A stretch of 64,000 nt of DNA, taken from the NCBI RefSeq assembly GCF_036321535.1, contig NC_087472.1, positions 99,326,001 to 99,390,000 of the forward strand. Direction: 5' to 3'. Every line of letters begins with the position of its first letter. The stretch's first letter is position 1. The translations under genes were made by a program, and so were the position numbers. The DNA is from Camelus dromedarius. Lineage: Eukaryota. The notes under the pieces are model-generated. The model was not told where the DNA came from. It saw only the letters and a list, made by a program, of their open reading frames with translations, and searched no databases. This document shows, piece by piece, positions 1 to 13,426 of the stretch.

Positions 1-43
1 TCGTTTTCTGCACTAAGCATGAAAGTAGTAGGTGTCGCCTCCT

Positions 44-513
44 CTGGTGGCCAGCCTGCAGGATAGCCCCTGCCTCCTGATCTTCACGATCATGCATCAC
101 CCCCTCCCACGCTGAATGGCATTGACCTGCGTAACAAATACGATACTGCAGAAATGACAGTGTGTGACTTCCAAGGCTGACTCTTTTTCTCTTGAATCAC
201 ACCCTGAGGGAAGCTAGCGGCCATATTATGAGGACATTCAAGTATCCCATGGAGGGGCACATCGACATTCCACCAACAGCCATGTGAGTGAGCCAGGGTG
301 GAAGTGGATCCTCCAGCCCAAAGCAAGCCCTCAGATGACTGTAGCCCCAGCCCACACCTTGACTGCAGCCTCATAAGAGACCCTGAGCCAGACCACCTAA
401 TTAATATACCCCTGAATGCCTGACCCCCAGGAACTATGAGATAACAAATGTCTGTTGCTTTAAGCTGCTAAGTGTCAGGGTAATTTGTTATGCAACAGTA
501 GACTATTGATACA
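44..513 (+). mobile_element. MaLR LTR, MLT1F/E-like
   Basis: Starts tggtggccagcctgcaggatagcccc and ends with the MLT1-type 3' end ...gctttaagctgctaagtgtcagggtaatttgttatgcaacagtagactattgataca; subfamily from recalled consensus. Confidence 0.75.
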
Positions 514-769
514 GATGATTATTGATACTCATTTCATTGGCCAGAAGTCAGCCATGTGGCCACACCTAACCAGGAAATGTAGTCTAACCCAGACATAAGA
601 GGAGAACGTGGATCTTGCTCAGCAGTGAGCAGAGTCTTGAGGGGAGTAGATGGAATAATACCAAGAATAAAATAAGCAAAAATATAATTGAGAACCTGGA
701 TACAAACCATAGAGCTTCTGGGCACACTCTGCCCTTCTCTCCATCTTTGCAAAGTCCGCCCATCTCCAG

Positions 770-1040
770 TCCTTGCCTCCTTCATGAAATTGTCTCTGCA
801 CTTCAGGCCACGCTCCTCTCTCCCCTCTGCACTCCTGCGGCTCCTCTTGGCTTGATCTCTTCTGTATACAGCAATAAATGTCACTGGTTCAGAGACAGGA
901 AGCGTCATTTGACATTCAATCATGCATTTCCTCGTGAGAGCTCTTATATCACTGTCTAGGATGATTATTTAACTTTTTATGTCTGTGTATCTTGTCTTCC
1001 CAATTATATTTAAGATCCTGGAGGGCAGAGACCAGTAGGG
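770..1040 (+). mobile_element. L2 3' fragment
   Basis: tgtgtatcttgtcttcccaattatatttaagatcctggagggcagagacca resembles the L2 3' region; boundaries approximate. Confidence 0.5.
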
Positions 1041-4000
1041 GTGGATGATATATGATTTGTGACCACATTAGCTCAATAATCTGTGAAGTGATTTATTGAA
1101 ACCATCAAATCTAATCTTAATGGGAGTTGAATTTTAATAGGAATTCAGTTCCTTCCCTAGATCACTAAACAGATGATTACAACCGTGTATTTAAAATTCT
1201 GTTTGCAAAGCATTAGATCATATCCTCAGTGGTACCTTGCACAAAGGTAGTCAATGAATGTTATTTGAATGTAATTTTAACAGTAACTGCAAATGAGAAA
1301 CTTGATTAAATGTTGTATAAACTATATATAATGAGAAAAAATACAATGAAAATAGTTTTTAATCTAGATTTATTTTGACCTCACTCGCTCACCTGTGCTT
1401 TAGCAGATCCTAATCAACTTTCAATTTTAAGCACTTCTTGGTTTTATGAAAGTAACCGTTATATTGCCAGTAAATGTTACTTCATTTACCCTCGCTAATC
1501 CCTCCTTATGATACATATTAGTCATTTAAAATAATTGCAAAGGTTTTGTGTTCACCTTCCATTTGAATCTTAGCTTGATGTCCCAAGTAATGACTCAAGG
1601 ACTGACCAATAGGTATTGTCTTATAATACATTTATGAAGAATTTATCAAGCATTTGCACTGTTCTTTGTCAAGCATCTTGTAGCTAAACATAGCAAGCAG
1701 ACCATTTAAAGTAACAATGCTCACGGTAGAAGCTTTTAAGAAAGATCGGAGAACACACCTCCTTGAAAAGGCCAAGATTTAAAAAACAAATCACCCTGTG
1801 ATCAGTTACTTCTGCTAACAAATACTTTGGTGACAACTTTGTTATTTTCCGTTCTGAAAAGAAAAAAGCTTTATTTTCACATCTTATGTTGACTTTTTAA
1901 AAGGACCTGTGAAATATTAGAATAAGGCACACTGATTAAACTCATGAGATATGTAGTCTAACTGGCTCTGTAAATCCTTGAAATCAATTATTTACATGAT
2001 ATGTAAGGATTGTTCAAGGAAACTCAGGAATTTAGACTTTAAAATGCTGGGCCTTCCAATGAGAGGGGAAAAAAAATATGACTAGGAGCTTTTCCCCAAA
2101 GATGATTGTTCTAATCTGACTTGAATCACTACATATTAAACACACATTTTTCCTCTTTGCCGAGTTAAATTATGGAATTGATTTGTTTTACAGATTCCAT
2201 AGAAACTGTAATGGCTTTGAGCAGCAGGCAAACTTACTGAGACTACAAAGATCATTAGCTAAAAGAAAAGGTTCTTTGTGTTATGTCTTCATGTGTTCAG
2301 GTCCCAGAGTCCCTGAAGCGATATCAGCTAAGTACGCCACACTCTGATCTTGTCAATAAAACATGACAATCTGAAGGGCAGAAACTGTCTTACTGGGGTG
2401 CTCCGACCACTAAAAGTAGGACCCATGATTGACACAATCTTCTGTACAATTGTGTCCTTTACTCTGATGAGTCACCAGAGTTCAATGTATAATCACATTT
2501 CATATGATCCCTTCCACAGAATTTTTAAAAATTTTAAAAAATGTGTCCACTGACTCTCAGCAGTGAGAGCTATTTATAAAATACTGCAAGGACCACAGCA
2601 TTTATTAATTTGTCTCCTATATATTTACCGTGGTTGCATCATCAAAATATTAATAGATACTATAAAGCTGGTTAGCAAGAAGTACTCTGAAAAATACACC
2701 ATGTAAAATGAAATTAAATTAAAATCTACTATTATCACTCACAAGAAACAAAAAAACAGTGGACTACTTTCAGAAAAATCGATCTATTTTGAGATGCTAT
2801 TATCACTGATCAAAACTGATTCAGTATCAATTGAACATCCAATTCTTTTTAGTTAGAAAACAGACAAATCAAAGGCACTAACAGAAGTCTGACAGAGGCA
2901 GGGATCCCTCCAGACCAGAAGAGGGCAGGTGCTGAGGCTGAGCAGGGATTTCAGAAGGGGTGGGCACACCGCTGGGTAGTGCCCTGCAATGGGTTCTGGG
3001 GCAAGAAAGAACCCTGAAGTACAAAGGAACTGACTGCTTGCTTGAAATGGTAACAAATGGAAGGCTGAGGAGACCCCATCCAACCTTTCTACCAGTTTGG
3101 GAGAGACCCCTCAAGAAGGTGCTAGCTTTATAAAAGAGAGGAAGGCCTTAAGAAAAAGAATGAAAGGTGATACGTCATGTCCCTGAGAAGTGGCACAGAG
3201 GTAGAACTCCTGGTTGACCCCTGACCTTACTAGGCATCTTCGTAACCCGAGAAGCAGCAGCACGGAGCTCGCTGGGGCCCAAGGGCCTGCCTCGGCCGCA
3301 GCCTGGGATCCGTCCTCTTGCTACCAGAGCAGCTCAGCAGCCAGGAGCTCTAGTATTTTATGGGAAGAAAATTGGTTGATGCTAGGCCCTTCCATGGTGC
3401 AGACATCTTTTAGAACAACTTCTGAGATTTTAAAACATAATTAGGGACCACTTGGCTGTGGGTTGAAATAATCGTTTGAAATCACCAAATTCTGTGTTAA
3501 GAGGTGAACAGCAAAGGGCTCTACTTACACATACTGGAATCCTTCACTGGTCTGTAAGAAATCAGAGAAGTAAATATCAAGTATGTATTCTAGGCAGGCT
3601 CAAGATAAAAATAAAACTCCTTTTAAAAACTTAAACACAGTAGCACACTCAAGGCGTTTAACAAAGAGCTGTTTAGGAGTCAGAATATTCAAGTGTTATA
3701 TTTTTTAAATTAAGGCTATCATGATTATGTTTGCTAGAATTTGCACAGAGCTGTTATTTCTCTGTTCTGAAGTATACTGAGCCTCCCATAGAGAGCCAAT
3801 TTATCCATCACACTTGCCTGTAGAATGCCAGCATAGCTGTTCTTTGTATTATCACATCTGAGACTGAATCAGTCAACAAAAGATTTAATGTGTTTCTGAC
3901 AGCACTCATTTTTCTTTAAAGAATAAAATAAATAGAACAAAGTAAAATAAAAAAAGAATAAAGACTTTTTTAAAAAATCAGACAGAAGCCATACATCTTC

Positions 4001-4099
4001 ATATGGCTTAATGTGCACTAGGGTAGACCTTAATTAACATCATCTTAATTCACATGTCACATAGGTCGGTGCTTGTCAAGCTATTGTCATAGGCCAATA

Positions 4100-4305
4100 A
4101 CCTTATATATTTATGAAAATAAATCAGTAGAAAAATATTTAAAGGCATACAAAATGCAAGCCCACTGATCACAGAATGTGACAGTAATGTCAAATTTTTC
4201 TAGAAGTTTCTACACGCTTATTCTCAATCTCCATGCTTATCACAGACCAGTAACAGTTTGTGGCCTAGTGCTGGTCCAGGGACCACACTTTGAGTAACCC
4301 CGGTT
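4100..4305. mobile_element. hAT-Charlie-type DNA transposon fragment
   Basis: Ends in ggtccagggaccacactttgagtaacc, a Charlie/MER5-type terminus. Confidence 0.45.
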
Positions 4306-4824
4306 GGTGGAAGTTCCATTCCCTACAACTTCCATTATTCAAAATTATTTTTTATTTAAACTTTATGTCAAATATTCCTGGAAATAAAAGAGCAATAAAT
4401 CATCACCCCTTTTCTATTAACCTTTAAATTATCACTTAAAGTGTGTTCAAAGTATGACATGTTATTCTGCATTACATAACTTCTGTAAAGTGAAAACTTA
4501 TAGAGTAAAATCTGCCTTGTCTCGTTTGCCTGGGTATTTATTAATACCACCACCACATTATCTTATTCCTTAAATAATGTGGGAAAAGGGGGTATTGAAT
4601 GTGGTGGATATCTGTGTAATTTTTCTTTCAACCTTATTTGCAGAAGTTGCATGCTAATTCTTAGTGCAAGTTCAGTTCTGCAGTTGTGTTCAGTTTAACC
4701 TCAATGGTGTTTTTAAAGCGTTAAGCTTTAAATACCTCTAAGTGAGGCATTGTCAGATGCCCAGCCCTGGATACACAGATTACCCAGCTCTTCACCTTTG
4801 GTTTCTTAGCCAGAGCCTCCTGCT

Positions 4825-5060
4825 GTAGTGGAAGAGGATGTGCTGGAGGCCAGATCCACCTGGGTTACAAGTTTGGATCTGTGACAGATTATCATGCTGC
4901 TTCCTGTGCAACCTACGCAAGTTGCTTAAATGCTCTAAGGCTCGTTTTCCTCATTTGTGAAATGGACGTAATACTTAGATCACAGCATTCTTAGGAAGAT
5001 GAAATGAGGCAAAGTAAAGGCAATGCCTGGCATGTGTAGTTGAGCACACAATAGTATTAC
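4825..5060 (+). mobile_element. MIR SINE
   Basis: Core-like gcaagttgcttaaatgctctaaggctcgttttcctcatttgtgaaatgg and 3' end gcctggcatgtgtagttgagcac. Confidence 0.65.
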
Positions 5061-5984
5061 TTCCCCTCCATCCACATCTACTACCTATGCCTCATTTCCC
5101 CTCACCCCACCCCTGCCCCTGCTCTTTGCACCCTTGGCATTTTGCATCTGGTGACTGTGCTGCTTCGCTCTGCTGAAGAGGAGGATAAATGAACTCATCA
5201 AAATATACCTTCACTAAGTATAGAGGAAATACTATGCTAATACTTGCAGCTTTGCCACCTGAAAAAAAGGATGACTCAAAGAGGACACTAAGTGAAAAGG
5301 AAAGCTCTGAGGGGAAGAGCTGTGGAAAGCAGCTCTCCCAGAATTTTTTTTTTAAATCACACACACACACACAAATGTGAGTGCTCATCCATCTAATGGA
5401 GCCACCTTGCCATCATCCCCACCCCACCCCCCCCATCTCGCTGACGAGCATCATTGCCTGAACAGCACTGTACTTTCAGGGGAGGATTTGATCTCTGTGT
5501 TATTTCTAATTCTTCACTGGAAAAGTATTTGCTTGTCTATTAAATAGGGAGATTCCCATAATTTGAGGCAATTCGTTTAGTGGAATTTTATGCTTTTCTG
5601 GGCTTTCTGGCTCTTCTGAAAACTGTTAGAGGACAGCTCAGTACCAAAATGATGGCACTCATAATCATTTAAGTTAAATGTGGGTTTGAGAGAATACATT
5701 TAACAAAGCAAATCATGTGTGCTAATAATGCCTTATTGCCCATTGTAAGACACTCTTTGTGCTGTCTGGTCAATTGCCTAAGCCAAACTGTCATGCTTGA
5801 CCCAATGCAATGATTCTATGCCACACTTTTGGTTTGATGTGTTCACCAGTTAATGTATATTTTTCATTCAGTTTAATTAAATATGGCTACTAAGTGTTTA
5901 ATTAACTTTAGTTATAAAATTAATGAAGATCATTACTAAAAGTCTCAAGCAATTTAGAAGTAAATGAAATTAAAAATTAAAGGT

Positions 5985-6670
5985 GCCTATTCCTTGGTAT
6001 ATACCCAAAGGAGTTGACAACTTTCATCCACAACAAAATTGTACGCGTATGTTTATAGCAGCTTTATTCGTAACTGCCAAAGTTGGAAGCAACCAACATG
6101 TAGGTGAATGGATAAATGAACAGTATAGAATATTATTCAGCACTCAAAGGAAATGAGCAATCAAGCCATGAAAAGACATGGGGGAATCTTAAGCGTATAC
6201 CACTAAGTGAAAGAAGCCAATGTGAAAAGGCTACATATTTTATGATTACAACTATACGACGTTCTGGAAAAGGCAAAACTATGGAGACAATTTAAAAAAA
6301 TAAGTGGTTGCCAGGGGTTGCAGGGTTAAGGAGAGATGAATAGGCAGAGCACAGAGGGTTTTTAGGGCAGTGAAAATACGCTGTATGATACCATAATGAT
6401 GGACACATGTCACTATATATTTGTCCAAACCCACAGAATATACACCACCAGGAGTGAACCTTAATGCAAACTGTGAAGTCTGGGTGATAATGGTGTGTTG
6501 ATATAGGTTCATCAAGTGTAAGAAACATACTATTCTGGTAGGGGATATTGATAATGGGGGAGATTGTGCGTGTGTGGGGACAGGGGGTTTACAGAAAGTC
6601 TCTGTACCTTTCCCTCAAGTTTGCTGTGAACCTAAAACTGCTCTTAAAAAGTGAAATCTTAACCAAAAAA
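5985..6670 (+). mobile_element. L1 3' end, L1MC1-like
   Basis: cttggtatatacccaaagg...atgtttatagcagctttattc (end of ORF2), then 3'UTR ending gtgaacctaaaactgctcttaaaaa. Confidence 0.85.
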
Positions 6671-6962
6671 TTGTAGCTATCCCCACTACAAACCACCACC
6701 CCACTCACACACCTATGATCACACCACCCTCCGACATCGCCACCAAGGTCCTTCCAGCCCTAACAGCCTGCACATCTCTGCCTTGTTGCTCAACTCACTC
6801 TGATACGTCAGGCATAACCCCTTCATCAGCCCACCCCATCCTGCTCTTCTCCACGGAAGGTCTTGCTCTTTCTCTTTAACTTCTACTCCACGGCCCCCTC
6901 AGATTCTAGAGTCTGACTTGACAAAGATTTCCAGTTCAACAATAACAAAAACTAATTACTAA

Positions 6963-8796
6963 ATTTTTTATTGAGGTATAATGGATATATAACGTTGTAT
7001 TAGTTTTAGTGCACAGCATAATGATTAACATTTGTATATACCGCAAAATGATCACCATAATAAATCTAGTTAACATCCATCACCACATGTAGTTACATAA
7101 TTTTTCTCCTTGTGATGAGGAGTTTTAAGATCTACTGTCAGCAATTTTCAAATATGCAATAAAGTGGTATTCACCATAGTCACCATGCTGTACGTGGCAT
7201 CCCAAAGACTTATTTATTTCATAACTGGAAGTTTGTGCCTTTTGGACTCCCTTTGCCCCCTGCATCTGAGAACACCAGTCTGTTCTATCTATTGACCTTG
7301 CTTTTGGTTTTTAGATTCCACATAGAAGTGAGATCATATAGAATTTGTCTTCCTCTGTTTGACTTACTGCATTTATCATAATGCCCTCAGGATCCATCCA
7401 TGTTGTCACAAATGGCAAGATTTCCGTCTTTTTTATGGCTGAATTAATATTCCATTGTGTGTGTATGTATGTGAGGGTGTGTGTGTGCATGTATGTATCA
7501 CATTTTCTTTATCCATTCATCCACTGATGGACGCTTAGGTTATCTCTGTATCCTGGATCTTGTAAATAGTGCTGCAGGGAACGTGGGGGTGCATATGTCT
7601 TCTTGAGTTAGTGTTTTTACTTTCTTTGGATAAATACCCAGAAGTGAAATTGCTGGATCGTATTATAGTCCTATTTTTAATATTTCGAGGAACTTCCACA
7701 CTGTTTTCCGTAGTGGCTGTACCAATTTAAATTCCCATCAACAGTGCACAAAAGTTTCCTTTTCTCTATATGCTTGCCGACACTTGTTATTTCTTGTCTT
7801 CTTGATAATAGCCACTCTAACATTCTGACAGGTGTGAGATAATATCTCATTGTGGTTTTGATTTGCATTTCCCTGATGATTTGTGATGTTCAGCATATTT
7901 TCAGGTACCTGTTAGTCACCTGTACATCTTCTTTGGGAAAATGTCTGTTTAGATCTTCCGCCCATTATTAATCAGATTTTTTTTTTTTTTTTTTTGCTAT
8001 TGAGTTGTATGAGTTCTTTATATATTTTGGATATTATCATCTTATCAGGTGTATGATTTGCAAATATATTCTCCTACTCCATAGGTTGCCTTTCATTTCG
8101 TTAATGGTTTCCTTTGCTGTGCAGAAGCCTTTCAATTTGATGTAGTCCCACTGTTTGTTTTTACTTTTGTTGCCTTTGCTTTTGGAGTCAGATGCAAAAA
8201 AAAATTATTGCCAAGACCAATGTCAAGGACCTTACAGCCTACAATTTTTTCTAGGAGTTCTATGGATTCAGGTCTCACATTCAAGTCTTTAATCCGTTTT
8301 GAGGTAATTTTTGTGTATGGTATAAGATAGTGGTCCAGTTTCATTCTTTTGCATGTGGCTATTCAGTTTCCCCAGCACCATTTATTGTCCTTTACTCATT
8401 GCACTTTTTTGCCTCCTTTGTCGTAAATTAATTGACCATATATGTGTGGGTTTGTTTCTGGGCTCTCTTTTCTGTTCCATTGATCTATGTGTCTATTTTT
8501 ATGTTTTTCCTTTGTAATATAGCTTGAAATCAGGAAGTGTAATGCCTCCAGCTTTGTTCTACTTTCTCAGGATTGCTTTGGCTATTTGGGATCTTTTATG
8601 GTTCCACACAAAATTTAGGATTGGTTGTTCTATTTCTGTGAAAAATGTAAGTGGAATTTTGATAGGGATTATACTGAATTTGTAGATTGCTATGGGTAGT
8701 CTGGACATTTTAACAGTATCAATTTTTCCACTCCATGAACACAGAAAATCTTTGCATTTATTTGTGTCTTCTTCAGTTTCTTTCATTAGTGTCTTG
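6963..8796 (-). mobile_element. 5'-truncated L1 (ORF2 C-terminus plus 3'UTR), degraded
   Basis: ORF track 8559-8786, 8132-8344 and 7677-7868 give L1 ORF2 peptides ([53 protein letters not shown]); flanked by aattactaa at 6954-6962 and 8797-8805. Confidence 0.95.
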
Positions 8797-10654
8797 AATT
8801 ACTAATGTTTTAAAACATGCAAAATTGTATTATGAGTGCTTTATATTGTATGTAAGCATGAATACAGCTAAAGACATAACAGTTTGCCTGAAGTGGAGGT
8901 AGACTAGAAGTCCCCTTAAAAGTCTTCTGTTTAACTAACTAACTGATCATATCATTCCCTCTGTAAAACCAGATGAGCAAAGCCCATGACACTTGGAATG
9001 CCCACATTCCAGTCTACCCATGCCGCTCAGCTCCCATCTTTTAAGGTGTATGCTTAAAAAAAAAAAGATCAGTTGGGTTTTTGTTCTCGAGTCTGTTTAT
9101 TTTAGTTGTTATTGTAGGCATGTTGTTTAGTTTTAAATACTATGCGGACTGATGAAATGTCAGTCCTAGTGAGGAAAGGGACGCAGAATTGTACAGAGGG
9201 AGAAACTGAGTGGCAGTGTGATGATCCCAGGGTCTCTGCTTAATAAGCATGCTGCCCACTAAACTCCATCTCAGGATCTGCTTCCTGGGAAACCCACCCT
9301 ACAAGTGTTGCTGCGAATTACAGCACTTAGCATAGGGAAGTAAAAATGTTTACGTCCATTCAGCTTAAATATTATTTCATCTAAGTATAGTCAGACCTTA
9401 GACTCAGGCAGATTTAATTTAAGGTGCCCACTAGACAAGAAGAGCACAGTGTCCTTTTTGGATGTAACCATCTCTTCTGTTGAGCTACACTGGATAACCA
9501 TAAAAGATGGGAAACTGGAATTTTTAAGACATATATCCTAACAATCAAATCTTATAGGAAAGGAAGTTCAATGTAGTAAACATATTTACGTTCAGAAAAT
9601 CTAGACATTCCCATTTAAAATTTAGAGGTTCTGACCAGATTAGAAATTGTGAGACTTCAAAAATTAAAAAATGAAACACCAGGAATTCAGCACTGCAACA
9701 GAAACCTCTAGATCTTTTTCTAAGATGATAAATTTAGGCAAGGTAATGATGGTTCCTCATTACTGATGAAAAAAGAAATATGCTTGACAATAGCTGTGGG
9801 TGGAGTTGCTGCTTGGTCCCCAAAGCGTTCAAGATTAAAAAAGAAAAAATAGTCATTATTTGAAATTTTCCATGGTGGTGACAGCTATTACAGTGTTCTC
9901 TCTTTTGGCCCAACAGCCTAATATAACTGACTTGCTGCTGGAAACTTCACTGATGACTAAAATGTTTATTTATCTAGTGAAACGACTCAATGTCACTAGA
10001 TAGAATGATGGATGTATATTTTAATGTGAATAGTGACAGGAAAAGTGTTATCAACTGTTTCATTTGCAAGAATAGGCAAGCAACGAAAGTAGAACGGAGG
10101 TGAAAACATTGTAATGCATCACGTCAAGAACTATTGAGTTCATTTATTTCTCTTCACTATGTGTAGGGACTTCACATTCTGTCAAGGTGAAAAATGACAT
10201 CTTTCCTACCTATAAATAGAAATTTTTGTGACCTGCTAAAATTACACTATATGCCCAAATCCTATGTGGAATTATAAATAGAGATGGAAAGTTACAAATT
10301 GACACACGGTTGTGCTGAGAAATCTTCACCACCAAGAATAAAGAGACTACCTGCTTCCCCTCCACCTACTGTCCACCACTCACACTTCTTTTACCAGAAC
10401 CATCTGACCTTAAGTTCTGATTGTTGGCTTCCACTAGGTCTAGGACCTAGTACCAGCTTTGATGATATCTTATCAGAAGCATTTTAATCAAGCATCCTTA
10501 AATCTTATGTGTGTTTTTAGCTGATTGTGCTGAAAAGGTAGAAAGTCATTGAGTCTAAAAAGGAAGGCAGAACTTAATGGGATGGGCAGTCACGGCAGAA
10601 GGAACACTCTATATGCTCCATACTCCTAGGGCTTCTTGGGAAGAAAGAGGATGC

Positions 10655-11185
10655 ACCAGTTAGGTATGCAACAATAATGCTATGCAACAAAGAACCACAA
10701 AGTCTCACTAGCAAACAGTAATAAGCATTATTTAGCCCATGAGTGACCGAGTTGACAGGAGTTCAGCTAATCTAGGCTGGGCTTTAGCTGATGGCTGTGC
10801 TGATCTCTGCTTGGCTTACACACCTGTAGAGTTGACTGAATATTAATGAATGTATCTGGGCTTGGCTTGAGTGATTTGTCTCTGCTCTGCATGTCTCTCA
10901 CCCTCTTTCTGGGACCTGTAGGCTAGCCTGGGCACATGCTTTTCAAGGTGTTGACAGAGGGGTAAGAGGGCAAGCCTGATCATGTAAGTGCTTCTACTTT
11001 TGGGTCATCTCACATTAGTTCACACTCCATTGGCCAAAGCTCTTCGCATAGCCAAACTCAAAGTCAAGCATCAGAGAAACACAGTCCACCTCTTTAATGG
11101 GTAGAACTGCAAAGTCATGTGGCAAAGGGTGTGGTCATGAAAGAATTAAAATATATATATATATAAGGGTCACTAATTCGGTCTA
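10655..11185 (-). mobile_element. old MaLR LTR (MLT1-type)
   Basis: MLT1 reverse-strand motifs such as cacactccattggccaaagc and gaactgcaaagtcatgtggcaaagggtgtgg. Confidence 0.65.
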
Positions 11186-11689
11186 CCGTAGTGGGGGAGG
11201 AAAGCAGCTGCTTTGATGTCAAAACTGCCACGTATTGATGTGCAGGTTTATCCTGCCCAACAGCACCTGGCGAAAGGGATGGTAGGGGGCGGAATACAGC
11301 CCACACTCCACTCCCCAAAGCCACGCACCCTGACATGGGGCAGTGTCTTTTTTTCTAACAAAAGTGCTGCATGGGTTAGTGGAGCCCTGTTTGAAATTCA
11401 CCATGAAAGGCTTCAGAAACTACTGTTGTATCATTGTCCACCCATTGGATGCATTTGTAAACTTCCTCGTCATGTTTTTCAATTCCGTGCCCTTCTACTC
11501 AGTTACCCTCTTTCTACCCCAAAACCACCCCCTCCAGATATCATTTCAAACACATGCAGTATCAATGTATCAACCTCAGTACATAAACCCAGGTTGCCAA
11601 GGCATTTAACTTATTTTTTAGAGCTAAACTTCATTTTCCTTTTTAGGTCCCCATTCAGTCAATGGTAGAAAATTAATTCATCTATTCAG

Positions 11690-12052
11690 CACTACCCCTT
11701 CCCCACAGTGGTGTCAAATGCATGGGAGACATAGTAGTCTGTGGAAGATCTGGCTTGTGGTCATCACGTAGCCAATGAAGTGTGAGAATGATGTGCACTC
11801 ATAAGAATCCTCCCACATGTGATCCCCCATGCTCCTTCCCTAAGCTCTAACCTTAGAAACCATGAATCAAAGATGGCAAGGTGACAAGAAGGTAAGAGCC
11901 TGGAATCCCTGAATCATCACCTAGAGTAGAGCTCCTTGCCAATCAGGAACACTGTTTGGGGACTTATATAAGAAGAAAGAAACTTTTATTGGATTAAGCC
12001 ACTGATACTGGGAGTTTATCTTTTCAGTAGGTAGAATAACATAAAGAAATAC
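11690..12052 (+). mobile_element. old MaLR LTR (MLT1I/J-like)
   Basis: agcctggaatccctgaatcatcacctagag and aaacttttattggattaagccactgatactggg resemble MLT1 3' half. Confidence 0.55.
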
Positions 12053-12367
12053 AGACAATTTGGATAAGTGGACTGGGAAATGCAGGGTGACCAGGCTGTA
12101 CCTGAAACTTGCATGACTTTGGTGATCACTAACTCAAAGTGCAAATTGTTGGCATCCAAGCACGTTAAGCTTCTCAGTGCAGATGTGGAATAAGCAGAGT
12201 CCTGTTTTGAACCTCGGGCCTCTTCGCCTCATACTCAATGACTTTAACACCCAGATAAACTATCTTTCTCTCCAACATGACCCCTGTCTTAATTCTTGGA
12301 AATTTCAGTATCCATATAGATGATCCCTCTAGTACCCAGTCATGTCAGCTCACTTAGTCAGAGACAT

Positions 12368-13426
12368 GTGTCTTAGATTATCTTTAAAAACAGAATCTGA
12401 AATGGAGACTTTTGTACAGTGATTGACTGAAGAAATACTCTCAGGAGCAGAGAGGGAAGCAGGAGAGGGCAGAAGCAGCCATGCAAATATGTAGTTTCAG
12501 CTGAAGTTTAGCCTCAACTTCTAAAACCAAAAAGAAACCAAGCTAATAACACAAAAGAGAATTATCAAGCCATGAAAAGAAAAAGAAGAAACACCAAATC
12601 GACTGGAAAACTAAATTCAAAATGGCAATAAACACACATCTATCAATAATTACTGTAAATGTCAATGGACTAATGCTCCAATCAAAAGACACAGAGTGGC
12701 AGACAAGAGCCTACAATAAAACAAGAGCCTACAATATGCCGCCTACAAGAGACCCACTTTAGAGTGAAGGACGCAGATTGAAAGTGAGAGGATAGAAAAA
12801 GATATTTCATGCAAGTGGAAATGACAGGTAAGCAGGAGTAGGAATACTCATATCAGACAAAATAGACTTTGAAACAAAGGCCATAAAGAAAGATAAAGAC
12901 ACTACATGATGATAAAAGGATCAGTACAAGAAAAGGATATTACACTCGTTAGCATGTATGCACCCAGTATAGAACACCTAAATATGTAAAACAAATACTA
13001 ACAGACATAAAGGGAGAAATTGATGGGAATACAATGATAGTAGGAGACTTTAACACCCCACTAACATCATTGGACAGGTCTTCAGACAGAAGATCAATGA
13101 GGCAACAGAGACACTAAATGACACCATAGCTTCAGCTTGATCCCACAAGGAGCTGTGGAATGAGTGGCACCACAGAGTTGTCCCACCTGGAGACAAGGTG
13201 GGAACAAGAGTTTGTACCCTCCCCCTAAAGCCGGCAGTCATCGGCTGTGGGAAGTCCTCATGGGAAGGGCATAATGTCTCAGGAATTCCAGGGAAAGCAA
13301 CTCCAACTGACCAAGGATAATTCTTCAAGGAAAAATATAGCTCTGAGCCCTAAGCAGCCAGCTCTCACAGCATACTGCCCCAGCCCAGTACAGAGGATCT
13401 GAGTGGAACACCAACAGCTTATTACA
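12368..13426 (-). mobile_element. ERVL-type LTR (LTR16/LTR33-like) interrupted by an L1 fragment
   Basis: Starts tgtcttagatt...cagaatctgaaatggagacttttgtacagtgattga; resumes after 13127 and ends ...gaggatctgagtggaacaccaacagcttattaca. Confidence 0.6.
12521..13126 (+). mobile_element. internal L1 fragment: inter-ORF region plus ORF2 endonuclease domain, no 3' end
   Basis: ATG at 12622 reads MAINTHLSIITVNVNGL..APIKRHRVA; later frames give ICRLQETH, GILISDKIDF and IVGDFNTPL (L1 APE endonuclease motifs); contains frameshifts and stops. Confidence 0.92.

Noticed and set aside
36..55. Reverse CTCF-like CCACCAGAGGAGGCG; similar partial matches near 25104 and 48633
   Set aside because: Core 3' positions deviate from GGCGC; too weak to call without data
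7677..8786. L1 ORF2 reading frames as functional CDS
   Set aside because: Fragmented by stops and frameshifts and 5'-truncated; annotated as a mobile element
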